A stretch of DNA of 64,000 nucleotides from Octopus vulgaris (Eukaryota), in contig OX597816.1 in the NCBI GenBank assembly GCA_951406725.2, forward strand, positions 130,448,001 through 130,512,000. Direction: 5' to 3'. The position numbers and the translations under genes were made by a program. Every line of letters begins with the position of its first letter. Position 1 is the stretch's first letter. The notes beneath the pieces were generated by a model, which made no database searches, was not told the DNA's origin, and was given only the letters and a program-made list of their open reading frames with translations. Below are positions 30,126-42,760 of the stretch, piece by piece.

Positions 30126-30533
30126 TAATAATCACAAATATTAACTGAAAAGTAACATTGCATAATATTTATATAGATTTTGTAATGATTTATCTCTGAT
30201 TCAGTTAAACACTCAGAGGTAAGTTCTGGCGTTTTGTAAATCATGGCCGTAAAAGATTTACATTTATTCAATATATTTGTGAACGACGACAGAAAAGTGT
30301 CTCCAGAAAAGAACTGGCACAACGCCAATTCTGGAACTATGATCTATAACGAGAAATTTAAAGATATTTGTAATGAGCAAGGAAAAAAACCCCATTAAAA
30401 TGTATATTCTAAGCATCTTTGCCTTTGGTCTTCAATTTGAATTTCAAGATTTAACTAGAAATGTTTATCTCTCTTACAATAACTGGCCACCGGGGTACAC
30501 TGCGTGTTTCAATAAAATCAGTATTATTCACTA

Positions 30534-30918
30534 CTAGCAGTATCGCCCGGCGTTGCTCAGGTTTGTAAGGGAAATAACTATAAAGCATTTTTAGAGAGTT
30601 ATAGCCAAAAAATAGCCAAAAAAATGGAAAAAAAATGATGGTAAATTTTTTTGAGAGTTAAAAAAGGTCGAGTTGCGTCCCCTAGACAGTCTGTGGTTTG
30701 TGTTTCTGATTCTCGACCCCATGTCGAATTTATCGATTTTTTTCAGAACTGGGGGAACTTTTCAAAATTTTCGCTGCGTTAGTTTTGAATTATGACATTG
30801 GGCTATGTGTGTGTCAAGTTTCATCAGAATCGGTTGAAAGCCGTGGTCAGGGTGAGGGTACAACCAAACAGACACACAGAAACACACACAGACAAACTGC
30901 CGTTTATATATAGAGAGA
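30534..30918 (-). mobile_element. Complete non-autonomous Helitron, 385 bp
   Basis: Minus strand A|TC...CTAG|T termini, no TSD, subterminal hairpin (plus strand cccggcgttgctcagg), internal (gaca)-type tract. Confidence 0.8.
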
Positions 30919-31638
30919 TAATTATTTTTAGAAGGATGAAAGGAAGTGAGCATCTAAATAGATTTTTAAGGCTTAAAGACATAGAAGAAATCAAATACAG
31001 CTGTTTTTGTTCGATATTTTACTATTCTGTCATCTTGCATCCCTAAAATTTTAGGTATTGAAGAAATGAATCTTTTAACTTAGTAGTCGCTTGGCTTGCT
31101 AGTAATAACGGTCTAATCATCCTCTATAGCAGTTAAAAAATCACACTCTAGCATTTAAAAAGGAAAGGACATTAAATAAGTTATCTTTGATATAGAAAAT
31201 GAAGTGATCATATGGTGGAATACCTTTGATAGTAGATCTGCTTGGTCTACGAAGGATTAAACCGAAATTTTCCTATTTCCCACCAAAGACAGTGCACTTT
31301 GGCCTACACTACTGAATGTGTACTCCTGGCCACTTTTTAAAGGTTGTCGGATTCGATTTTAAGATAAGTTTAGATATTTTTTCTCCTGCTGGTTTGTCAC
31401 TTGGAGGTGTCGTTATTTTGTAATACTGGGATCAAAGTTTACAATAAAATTTAAAAATTAAGGAGCAGAGACTGAAATGGGAGTTTTATCAGATATCCAT
31501 GCCTAATGGAGCTAGAATGGCACCGATTAGCTTTGGGGAAACTGTAGTCTCAAGTAATAACAACAACAGAGACAAGAACATAGACAACAAGACCAGCAGT
31601 AACAACAACGATGACGACAATGTCATACACATACGTGA

Positions 31639-32551
31639 TACGCTAAAAATAGTAGCCAAATCTCACTCAAATCTCAACACACTCTCTTATAATAACTAAA
31701 GGTCACATTGATTAATGTAATAGATTTGTTTCTTCGTGACTGACCTGGTGTCAAATACCACCACCACCACCACCACCATCACTACCACCACAAACACCGA
31801 CAACAATACAAGCAGAAGCATTTTATTTCCTCCTGCTACTACAGACATAAGGGCCGAAACTTTGGGGGAGGAGGTAAGTCGATTACTTGGACCCCAGGGT
31901 TCAGCTGATACTTATTTCATAAACCCCGAAAGGGACGAAAGGCAACGTCGACCTCAGCGGAATTTGAACTCAGAACGTGAAGCCGGAACAAATTACTCGT
32001 AAGCATTTTGTCCGGCATGCTAAAACTTCTGCCTGTCGCTTGCCTTAGAAGAAGAACAGTAGCATTAATAACAACAATATTAATGAAAACAAAGACAGCA
32101 GTGACAAAAACAACGAAAATAAAACACCCCAAAGCAATACCAAGAACAATTATAAAACAACATCAACAACAACAACAACAATAACAACAACAACACTAAA
32201 AAAAAAGACTCCATCGCCGCCACAATAACACCAACAACAGTACAAAAATAGCAACATCATCAACTTGACAACGATATCACGCATTAAAGATATATATAAC
32301 AGGGTTTGAACTGGCAATTTTTAACGGCTTACCTATTAGTTTATTGATACACATATCAGACATACTTTCACACAATAGTCTAAGGACACATTTAGTTGGT
32401 AATATAGACCCGACGCTTATGGAAATAAATGGCTTGTTTTGATAAGCACATTTCTTTTCAACTTCACACTCGTTTTATTGTTGCTATACAAATTTGTGCA
32501 CGGTTTCTGTGTATATGAATGTATATGTGCATGTGCGCGCGTTGATTTCAC

Positions 32552-32600
<49 letters not shown>

Positions 32601-32715
32601 TGTACACATTCACACACGTATGTACCATTCCCTACTTGCCGTTCTGTGCCATGTCAGGTTTAAGCAACATAGAGGCACCGGCTGAACGAAACTCGGACAT
32701 GAATGATGTCGACGG

Positions 32716-32760
<45 letters not shown>

Positions 32761-32878
32761 TATATAAATTAGTGGTGGCGGCGGCGGCAGCGGTGGTGGT
32801 GGTATTTGACACCAGGTCAGTGTTACATATATAAGTATGTACACACACACATACACACGCATACACACATATGTATAC

Positions 32879-32914
<36 letters not shown>

Positions 32915-33140
32915 GTGTGTGTGTATCATAGACTTACACGATACGCTAAAAATAGTAGCCCAAACTTTCTCAGATCTCAACACACTCTCTTATGATAACT
33001 AAAGGTCACATTGATTAATGTAATAGATCTGCTTCTTCGTGACTGACCTGGTGTCAGATATCACCACCACCGACAACAGCAACACGAGTAGAAGCATTTT
33101 ATTTCCCCCACTTCTTCTACAGTCACAAGGCCCGGAATTT
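31639..33140. repeat. Local ~200-bp direct duplication (31639-31860 and 32940-33140) with an inverted 30-bp fragment at ~32792-32821
   Basis: gatacgctaaaaatagtagcc...ctgacctggtgtca..tac occurs twice; ggtggtatttgacaccaggtcagt lies inverted between them. Confidence 0.85.
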
Positions 33141-33143
33141 TTT

Positions 33144-33177
<34 letters not shown>

Positions 33178-33305
33178 ATAAAACTTACTTAGAAATGGAT
33201 GCGTGCGTTCCATCATATAATAACAAATTAATAAATAAAACATATGCATATATACATACATATATGTACGTACCTACATCTATATGTATATATACATGCA
33301 TATAT

Positions 33306-33720
33306 GGGTACAGGACACCAAAAAAACGTCGAACACAATGAGAAACGAAAACATAAACAGAAAACCAAGGAAATGGACATTTTTCTTAAACAACGAAAAA
33401 ATAGAGTACAAGACATACAACACAAGGAACATTCCCCTTCTTCAGCCGGCTCTGTTTCATCTACTCCGCGTTTACGAAGGTAAAGGCGAGACACGACTTC
33501 GTTGAAACAATCCTTCCCGCAAAAAGTAATTTAAATAAAATTTGAGATTTTTTTGCGGAGGGGTAAAAATGGTAACAAAAAACAGGACTGTAAAGACAGT
33601 ACAAAATATAAACAGTAAAAGACAGGACAAGGTGAATAACTGTAGCACGAACATGGAGGGCTGTTAAGCCAGAACGAAAGAAAAAATATTTTGAACGCTT
33701 TGAAAACGTCTAGAGAAACA
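33306..33720. repeat. Unclassified A-rich interspersed element between TA/CA tracts
   Basis: Sharp microsatellite boundaries and strand-biased composition; no second copy seen in the window. Confidence 0.3.
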
Positions 33721-33874
33721 CATACATACACATGGCTTTGTAGTAAGAAGTTTGCTACGAATCACCAGATTCCGGTTTCTGTCCCACAGCGTGGCACCTT
33801 GGGTAGGTATCCTCTACTATATCTTAGGGCCTTGTGAGAAGATTTGGTAGACAGAAATTGGAAAAAGCTCGTCT

Positions 33875-33910
<36 letters not shown>

Positions 33911-33929
33911 TACATATAATATATGAATG

Positions 33930-33983
<54 letters not shown>

Positions 33984-34004
33984 AGAGAGAGAGAGAGAGA
34001 GAGA

Positions 34005-34245
34005 TGGTGCATAATTATTGCGGTTTTATTTTTTTTTCAACAAATTTAATTCAACAAAAACAATAACAACATGTAACAAAAACATCTTTAAATGATTATT
34101 CCAGAGCATATTCACCATCTACTTCAATTACTGCTTCCCATTTGCTTGGCAGACGGTCAATTAAAGATGTTTTTGTTCAATATTGTTATTGTTTTTATTG
34201 AATAAAATTTGTTGAAAAAAGCCGCAATAATTATGCACCAACCCA

Positions 34246-34246
<1 letters not shown>
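34005..34246. mobile_element. Mariner-derived MITE with ~85-bp inverted arms
   Basis: tggtgcataattattgcgg / ccgcaataattatgcaccaacccaa-TA; interior minus strand reads IDRLPSKWEAVIEVDGEY (transposase C-terminus). Confidence 0.8.
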
Positions 34247-34287
<41 letters not shown>

Positions 34288-34289
<2 letters not shown>

Positions 34290-34780
34290 TCATCATCATC
34301 ATCATCATTTAACGTCCGCTTTCCATGCTAGCATGGGTTGGACGGTTCAACTGGGGTCTGGGGAGCCCGAAAGCTGCACCAGTCCAGTCAGATCTGGCAG
34401 TGTTTCTACAGCTGGATGCCCTTCCTAACGCCAACCACTCCGAGAGTGTAGTAGGTGATTTTATGTGCCACCGACACAGGTGCCAGACGAGGCTGGCAAA
34501 CGGCCACGCTTGGATGGTGTTTTTTATGTGCCACCGACACAGGTGCCAGACGAGGCTGGCAGACGGCCACGCTCGGATGGTGTTTTTATGTGCCACCGAC
34601 ACAGGTGCCAGATGAGGCTGGCAAACGGCCACGATCGGATGGTGTTTGTTACGTGCCCACAGCACGGAGGCCAGTCGATGTGGTACTGGCTACGGCCACG
34701 TTCGGATGGTTTTCTTGTGTGCCACGTGCCACCGGCACTGGTACCACAAAGATACAAATTCCATTGATGTTCATCTATTT
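34288..34780 (-). mobile_element. RTE-tail-like retroposon with internal 62-63-bp minisatellite
   Basis: (TGA)n tail on the minus strand, ggatgcccttcctaacgccaacc motif, units starting at 34461, 34524 and 34586 plus degenerate copies. Confidence 0.65.
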
Positions 34781-34829
<49 letters not shown>

Positions 34830-35085
34830 TATGTCGGTTACGACGACGTGGGTCCCCGCTGATACGATCAACGGAACGGGCTGCTCGTGAAATTAACGTG
34901 CAAGTGACTCGGCATGACACAGAGTGTGACAAGGCCGGCCCTTAGAAATACAGGTACAACTCATTTTTGCCAGCTGAGTGGACTGGAGCAACGTGAAATA
35001 AAGTGACACAACGTGTCGCCGGGAATCGAACTAATAATCATACAATCATGAGCTGAATGCCCTAACCACTAGGTCACGTGTCTTC
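34830..35085 (-). mobile_element. SINE family C, internally deleted
   Basis: Reverse complement of segments of 44436-44735. Confidence 0.75.
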
Positions 35086-35091
35086 ACAATA

Positions 35092-35228
<137 letters not shown>

Positions 35229-35381
35229 TTATATATATATTGACATACACACATATATGTATACGTGTATAATATGGATGTGTATGCGTATGCCCGCTCG
35301 TGCGTGTGTAAAAACTTTCTTTGCCACTTTACTGATTATCAGTGTTCAATATCCACATCACCAACCTGATTAAAGTTGTGT

Positions 35382-35436
<55 letters not shown>

Positions 35437-35592
35437 ATGCGAGTGTGTCCGTTTGTGTGTGCATGTTTGTAAGTGTGAGTGCTTGCGTGTGTCCGTTTGT
35501 GTGTGCGGGTTTGTATGCGTGTGTATATGTGTGTGTGTTTGTGTGTGTGCGCTTGTGTATGTGTGAGTACGTATGTCTGTCTGTTGTGTGCA

Positions 35593-35633
<41 letters not shown>

Positions 35634-36083
35634 ATACGTGTTTGTGGTGGTGTTTGTGGTGGTAGCGGAGTAAGAGTGGAGGACGAGGTGCGTGATGTTA
35701 TTTAGATCGAGTGAATCGTCGGGTTAGAGTCGTGGCGTTAAGGTCTGGCATATATGTGTACCCATGTTAGTGGTGAGTAAGGGGAGATGTAATACGAAAT
35801 GAATATTTTGTTTTTTAAGAGGGCTCAACTGCCTGACCAACAACCTATTAAGGTCTAGTCCATAAACAAATATTCTACCATTAGCATAAATCTCGGTTCT
35901 AGCGGCCGACTTAAATATGTGAAATAGCTTTAAAGTCGATGACAAAATATGAAAGGGTAAGTGGTCGGCGAAAACCGTTGGTGTTTAACCCTAGCGCAGC
36001 CTTGATCGAGCTAAACTATGATCAAAAACATTCCGGATATGGCGATCACGTCTTAAATTTGTTTTTCATACACACTGTATCTA

Positions 36084-36571
36084 GGAGGTGACGAGATTTA
36101 TCTTCCTGCTAGTGATATAAACAACAAGGCATTTTGCACCCAAAGCCAATATGAGAGTTTCTCTCATGGTATCTACTGCAGTTTAGTTTGTCCTAAACAT
36201 CCACGTTTGAGTGGAGATAAACATTACCTCTCGGTATTAATATTGCCTCTGTCGCTAATATTTATATTTTTAACGAGCTCTCTGACTAATCGCGACACCA
36301 GTCCCAGTTCAAGCTCTGTTTTTCTATATATCGCTGGCGAGGAAGTCAGTCACTGCTCTCTGTAGCGGTCGGGCATCCATCATTGACGAGATCAAGAAAA
36401 ATCGAAATTACGTGATCTGGTGGTCTTGGCGTTGGAGGTGGTGGGGATTTGTCTCCCTGCTAGCGATGCACACGAGTGTGTATTGCACTAAAAGCCAATA
36501 TGAGAGTTCCTCTCACGGTTCTACTACAGTCTAGTTTGTTCTAGCGGAACAAGTGGGGATAAACATCGTCT
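36084..36571 (+). mobile_element. Candidate non-LTR retrozyme: ~1.4 copies of a 350-bp monomer, with HHR and 11-bp TSD
   Basis: Direct repeats 36084-36229 and 36434-36571 (period 349-350); TSD cactgtatcta at 36073-36083 and 36572-36582; HHR between the repeats; no ORF. Confidence 0.75.
36377..36423 (+). ncRNA. Type I hammerhead ribozyme motif (C3U variant)
   Basis: Stem I ccatca/tggtgg; core TTGACGA; stem II gat/atc; GAAA; near-palindromic stem III ATTACGTGAT; cleavage triplet AUC ending at 36417. Confidence 0.75.
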
Positions 36572-36949
36572 CACTGTATCTATGATGCATGATCAAAAAT
36601 TTTCTTTTTTTCCTTTTCAATTTTTTCTTTAAAGACGGCAGGTTGTGATTTGAAGAAAATTTGGTTGGTTACATTTTTAGCAGCAGGAAGGCCACAAGCT
36701 AGCAGAATCATTAGAGCATCGGGAAAATGCCTTGCAGTATTTTTACTGGCTCTTTATGTTCTGAGTTCAAATTCCACGAAGATCAACTCTAATCTATCAT
36801 CCTCCAGGGATGAAAGGTAGAGTTAAATACCACTATAGTATTGGGTCGATATAACCGATTACTCCTTCAAAATTGGAGATCTTGCGCCTAAATTAAAAAT
36901 CAGTATTTCTTGTCGACTATATAAACCTGTTGTAAATTAGGCTTGTTAC

Positions 36950-37860
36950 ATTAGCGAACATCTTAATTTGTATAATTGTGCTTTTGACAGTTCATCGTTA
37001 ATTAAGTAACACATATTTAATGTACAGCATAGCTGAATCAGAAGATGGGTTTATGTCTGGTAATTCAGTTTATGTCTGGTAATTCTAAGACTAAAAACTC
37101 TATATACCAGTGTAAAATTATTTCCGGTACCAATGTCTTTTTTATATAAGTAGTTCTTCTTCTCAGTTATCTAAAAGAATTTCTAATCATTATTCTACAT
37201 TTAGGGATAGTAATAAACGCAACAGTACAGGGCTTAGTAAATTCATTTGGTATCTAAAAGATCATAATAAACAATTTAATGTACATTGGTTGATTCTCTC
37301 CATTTCATTCCCATACGATAAAGGCAAAGAATTTTGCCAACTCTGTAATAGTGAAATATTTTATATTCTATTTTCTAAGAATCCCGTTGTAAACACATTT
37401 ATAGAGCGTGCTTATCAATGTAAACATTGGCAGAAACATATCTTTAGTTCATATAAGTGATATCTACCACTATATATAATATGAACATTAATTTTCTTCT
37501 TACATTTCACTTCCACTAGATATTTCTATTTTCAAGTCTTTAAGCTATTATTTTAATTCACATATCGCTCTATATTTCTCCTTTATTAGTTTTCTGCTTA
37601 TTTCTTTCCTTTACCCCTTCTCTTTCTATAGGCTACCTTTGACGTTATATCTTCTAACGGTTTAAAAAAAAACAACTTAATAGCATTCCGTTCATCATTA
37701 TACACATTACATTCAACACATTCTGTTAAAATGTCTTATTGATGAGTTTAGTTTCTTTCATTCTTTCCTTGATGAGAAGATTACATTGTTTTACACCATT
37801 TTATTCTTTTGGAATAATACCAATGTTGTCTTCGAAGCATATGTCGGAAGTAAGAGAATT
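36950..37860 (-). mobile_element. Very decayed Penelope-like (Naiad-like) remnant
   Basis: Scattered minus-strand peptides (RNSFR, CTLNCL) reminiscent of 25690-26740; many stops. Confidence 0.25.
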
Positions 37861-37965
37861 TGAATTTGAATAACACCTGCGTTTAATTCCATATATATAT
37901 ATATACGCTGCTATATGCATATATATTTATATATATATATGTGTGTTTCTGTATGAATGTATGTA

Positions 37966-38055
<90 letters not shown>

Positions 38056-38175
38056 TGTGTGCGCGTGTATATATATATAGTATCTATATATACGCATATA
38101 TATATTTATATGTCTGTATATGTATGTATATTTGCATAAATATACACATTCACGTACACATGTATTTATATCTTT

Positions 38176-38376
38176 GACGCCATGATAGATCGTTAGCATT
38201 TTTCTCTCTCCTTGCTTCTCTCCTTGTTTTTTTCTGTGTATCTTTCTGTCGAAGAGCGTAGGCTCGAAACGTAAAAGACTTTTTCTATTTCTATACCTGA
38301 GCGCTATACTTATACATTTGTTTGTTTGTACTCCACCTACCTTCGTCTTTTGTTTATTTTCGTAAACTTTCCCTTT
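38176..38376 (+). mobile_element. Repeat family P1, HHR-like motif at 38241-38278
   Basis: tcttt-CTGTCGA-a-gagc-gtag-gctc-GAAA-cgt-a-aaaga. Confidence 0.65.
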
Positions 38377-38400
38377 ATATATATGCCTAGTTAAAAACAT

Positions 38401-38450
<50 letters not shown>

Positions 38451-38452
<2 letters not shown>

Positions 38453-38850
38453 CGCAGGAGTGACTATGTGGTAAGTAGCTTGCTTACCAACCACATAATC
38501 CTGGGTTCAGTCCCACTGCGTGGCACCTTGGGCAAGTGTCTTCTACTGTAGCCTCGGGCCGACCAAAACCTTGTGAGTGGATTTGGTAGACGGAAACTGG
38601 AAGAAGCTCGTCGTATATGTATATATATATATATATATGTGTATATATTTGTGTCTGTGTTTCTCACCCCAACAATCCTTTGAAAACGGATGCGCGTGTG
38701 TTTACGTCCCCGTAACTTAGCGGTTCGGCAAAAGAGACCGATAAAATAAATACTAGGCTTACAAAGAATAAGCTCTGGGGTCGATTTGCTCGACTAAAGG
38801 CGGTACTCCAGCATGGCCACAGTCAAATGACTGAAAGAAGTAAAAGAGTA
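38451..38850 (+). mobile_element. SINE family A, full length
   Basis: A box, B box (gggttcagtccc), core and gagtaaaagag-type tail. Confidence 0.88.
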
Positions 38851-38872
38851 TAAGAGCAAATCGACCCCAGAG

Positions 38873-38922
<50 letters not shown>

Positions 38923-38925
<3 letters not shown>

Positions 38926-39058
38926 GAAGGGCAACGAGAAACTCAGAGTAACAGATTTTGTTGAATTTTCTGCTGCTTTAAATAAAGCATATTACTCTAC
39001 CACTGGTATTTGAGTACTCTTTTTTTCCACCTTGTTTCACATTTATGTGTTTACTCCG
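38923..39058 (+). mobile_element. Repeat family P2, single copy
   Basis: gaaactcagagtaacag...ctctaccactggtatttgagtact...ccaccttgtttcacattt matches 4039-4160 in reverse. Confidence 0.6.
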
Positions 39059-39584
39059 GTATATATATATATATAGGTATGTATGTATGTATTTATGTAT
39101 GTATGTATGTATGTATGTATGTATGTATGTATGTATGTATGTATGTATGTATGTATGTATGTATGTATGTATGTATGTATGTATGTATGCATGTATGTAT
39201 ACATACGCATGCATATATGCATATTTCTTTGTATATAAGTACACACGGTAGCGCGCGCGCTTGTGTTTGTGTGTGTGTGTCAATTGCATGTAACAGTCTT
39301 TATAAGTTTGTTTAGACACGGATCTTTTATGTACTCAAGCGTCGATCAAAGAATACATACAAACCTCTGTCTTTCTCTTGCTCTCCACTTACTCACAAAC
39401 GTCTGCCTGCGAGTTCCAATTATAAATTATAGTCTACAACTGTACCAATTCTTTCTTCAACAGTCAAAACACACAGAAATGCCAGCTGGTGTGTATAAAT
39501 ATCACAGCACTGTGTGAACAAGTATATTGATAGTGTAAGGAAAGTAGAAAGAAAAATAATATCAATAGTAATAATAATGAAAAT

Positions 39585-40357
39585 TCTTTCTAATATAGGT
39601 AGAAGGCTAGAAAGTTGTTAGGGGGTGGGTGTAAGTCGATTATATCGAATCTAGTACTAGACTGGTACGTATTTTATCGGCCCTCAGAGGGATGAAAGGC
39701 GAAGTTGGCCTCGGTGGAATTTTAACTCAGAACGTAAAGAGCCGGAACAAATATAGCAAATAACTTTGACGCTCTAACGATTCTACCAACTCACCGCCCC
39801 TAATAATAATATTAGTTTCTAATATATGTAAAAAGCCTGAAATTTTGTGGGAGGGAACAGCCGGTCGGCTTTCGCCTTTCATCCTTCCGGGGTTGACAAA
39901 ATATCTTCTAGTTTAGTAGTACTTGACTTGAATGGTAGGAGTCGACCTTAATAGTGTTTGAATTCAGAACATGAAAGCTCGTGACTCAATGAGTTCTGAG
40001 TTCGATTTCTAACAGAGACATTATGCTACACATATTTTGAAGCAAGTATTGCCGATTTGATCAGTTCACCAGGTTAGTGATCCTTAATAATAATCGTAAA
40101 AGTATTGCAGCATTAATAAGTATCTATTCCTTTACTATCCACAAGGAGCTAAACACAGAAGGGACAAAAAAGGACAGGCAAACGGATTAAGTCGATTATA
40201 TCGACCCCAGTGCGTAACTGGCACTTAATTTATCGACCCTGAAAGGATGAAAGACAAAGTCGACCTCAGCGGAATTTGAATTCAGAACGTAACGGCAGAC
40301 GAAATACGGCTACGCATTTCGCCCAGTGTGCTAACGTTTCTGCCAGCTCGCCGCCTT
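39585..40357 (-). mobile_element. SINE family B copies (39585-39800, 40123-40357 and fragments)
   Basis: Family B core and head. Confidence 0.85.
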
Positions 40358-41006
40358 ATATTGCAGTATCACGAGACTGACAGAACGTTGAATGATAAGT
40401 GCACTGGACAACTCCGTGTTTCACACACAAACACAGCTACACCTACCTCTTGTTTATATTAATTTGTTACGGATTAGATATGTAACGCTTAACAGTAAAA
40501 GGAAATCGGAAGCATAATCTATTACACACCCGACATTCGCCTTTGGATCTTGAAATCGGGGATATTTTCCAAATTATTTTCTTCTTCCCTTATTTATTAT
40601 TGCTGGTGATACATGTTTTTCACGGCTCAATATTTCCATGCTTCAGATGAACTTCAGTTCGCAGAGCCAACACTGAAACTACATGAAATCGTTGTCGGGA
40701 TATTTCTTTCTTTTCCCTTTCAGCTGGTATGGAACAATGCCAATTGTTATCTACCCTTTTTTTTTGCATGATCGCATCCATTTTTCTCAGTCTTGTATGT
40801 CATTTTCCCAGTTGTCAGAAGCTGAAAAAAAACAAAAAAACAAACGAAAACACGTATACTCACATGCGCGCGCATGCACAGATGCACATGAGCGAAAGAT
40901 TCCTTCGACCACTACGTGGTTTCATGACCTGCTAGAAATAGCAAACAAATCTTCAAATCACACTCTGCCGTCTTAAAAATAGGAGATGTGTATCCAGGAT
41001 AATATA

Positions 41007-41422
41007 CTTTTCTACTCTAGGCACAAGGCCCGAAACTTTTTGGGAGGGTGCCAGTCGATTAGATCGACCCCAGCACGCAGCTGGTACTTAATTTATCTAC
41101 CCCGAAAGGATGAAAGGCAAAGTTGACCTCGGCAGAATTTGAACTAAGAACGTAAAGACAGACGAAATACCGCTAAGCATTTCGCCCGGCGTGCTAACGT
41201 TTCTTTTTTCTTTATTGCCCACAAGGGGCTAAACATAGAGGGGACAAACAAGGACAGACAAAGGGGTTAAGTCGATTCCATCGACCCCAGTGCGTGACTG
41301 GTACTTAATTTATCGACCCCGAAAGGATGAAAGGCAAAGTCGACCTCGGCGGAATTTGAACTCACAACGTAACGCTAAGCATTTCGCCCGGCGTGCTAAC
41401 GTTTCTGCCAGCTCGCCGCCTT
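41007..41422 (-). mobile_element. SINE family B dimer with 16-bp TSD
   Basis: TSD tatccaggataatata (40991-41006) / tattcaggataatata (41423-41438). Confidence 0.88.
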
Positions 41423-41891
41423 TATTCAGGATAATATAGTTCTCGATACATTATATCTAAGACAAAGACATGTTTGAGCATCTATCATGGTAGGCCTAAA
41501 GCTAAACAACTACAACCACCACCACGACCACAACAACAACAACAACAAGAAAAATAGCAGCCGTAACAACAGCAACAGCAACAACAACAACATTGACACG
41601 CATCACAAATAGATGATAATTTAATAGTAGTGTCGCATACATAGACAAATGTAATGCAGGAAGTGAAACCAATATCCTCTCTAGCTAGGTTAACTGATAG
41701 GTAAATAATATAATATAATATACAGGGCTGCCGAACTTTGTAGACAAGTTTCAGGTATTTGTGTATACACTTTACAAAATAATGACCAGCAAGGTCGATA
41801 CACGAGGAATAGTTAGAACAGTGTCTGGTTTCTTGAAGATAAATGTATCTTTTCTAGCAAAGAAAACTTACGGGTATCAGGTCAGCATGGG

Positions 41892-41922
<31 letters not shown>

Positions 41923-41972
41923 ACGAACAACAACACCACCAACGACAACGACTATAACAACACTAATAATAC

Positions 41973-42704
<732 letters not shown>

Positions 42705-42760
42705 TTCCAATAAAATGATGATGATGATGATGATGATGATGATAATAATAATAATAATAA

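Noticed and set aside
34461-34745. CRISPR-like or coding repeat array
   Set aside because: No variable spacers; ORFs appear in several frames only because the GC-rich unit lacks stops
36084-36571. TRIM or mini LTR retrotransposon reading of the direct repeats
   Set aside because: No TG...CA ends or evident primer-binding site, the TSD is 11 bp rather than 4-6 bp, and the HHR lies outside the repeated part; a retrozyme fits better, though this is not proven
37048-37086. ~19-bp tandem duplication gtttatgtctggtaattc
   Set aside because: Ordinary replication slippage
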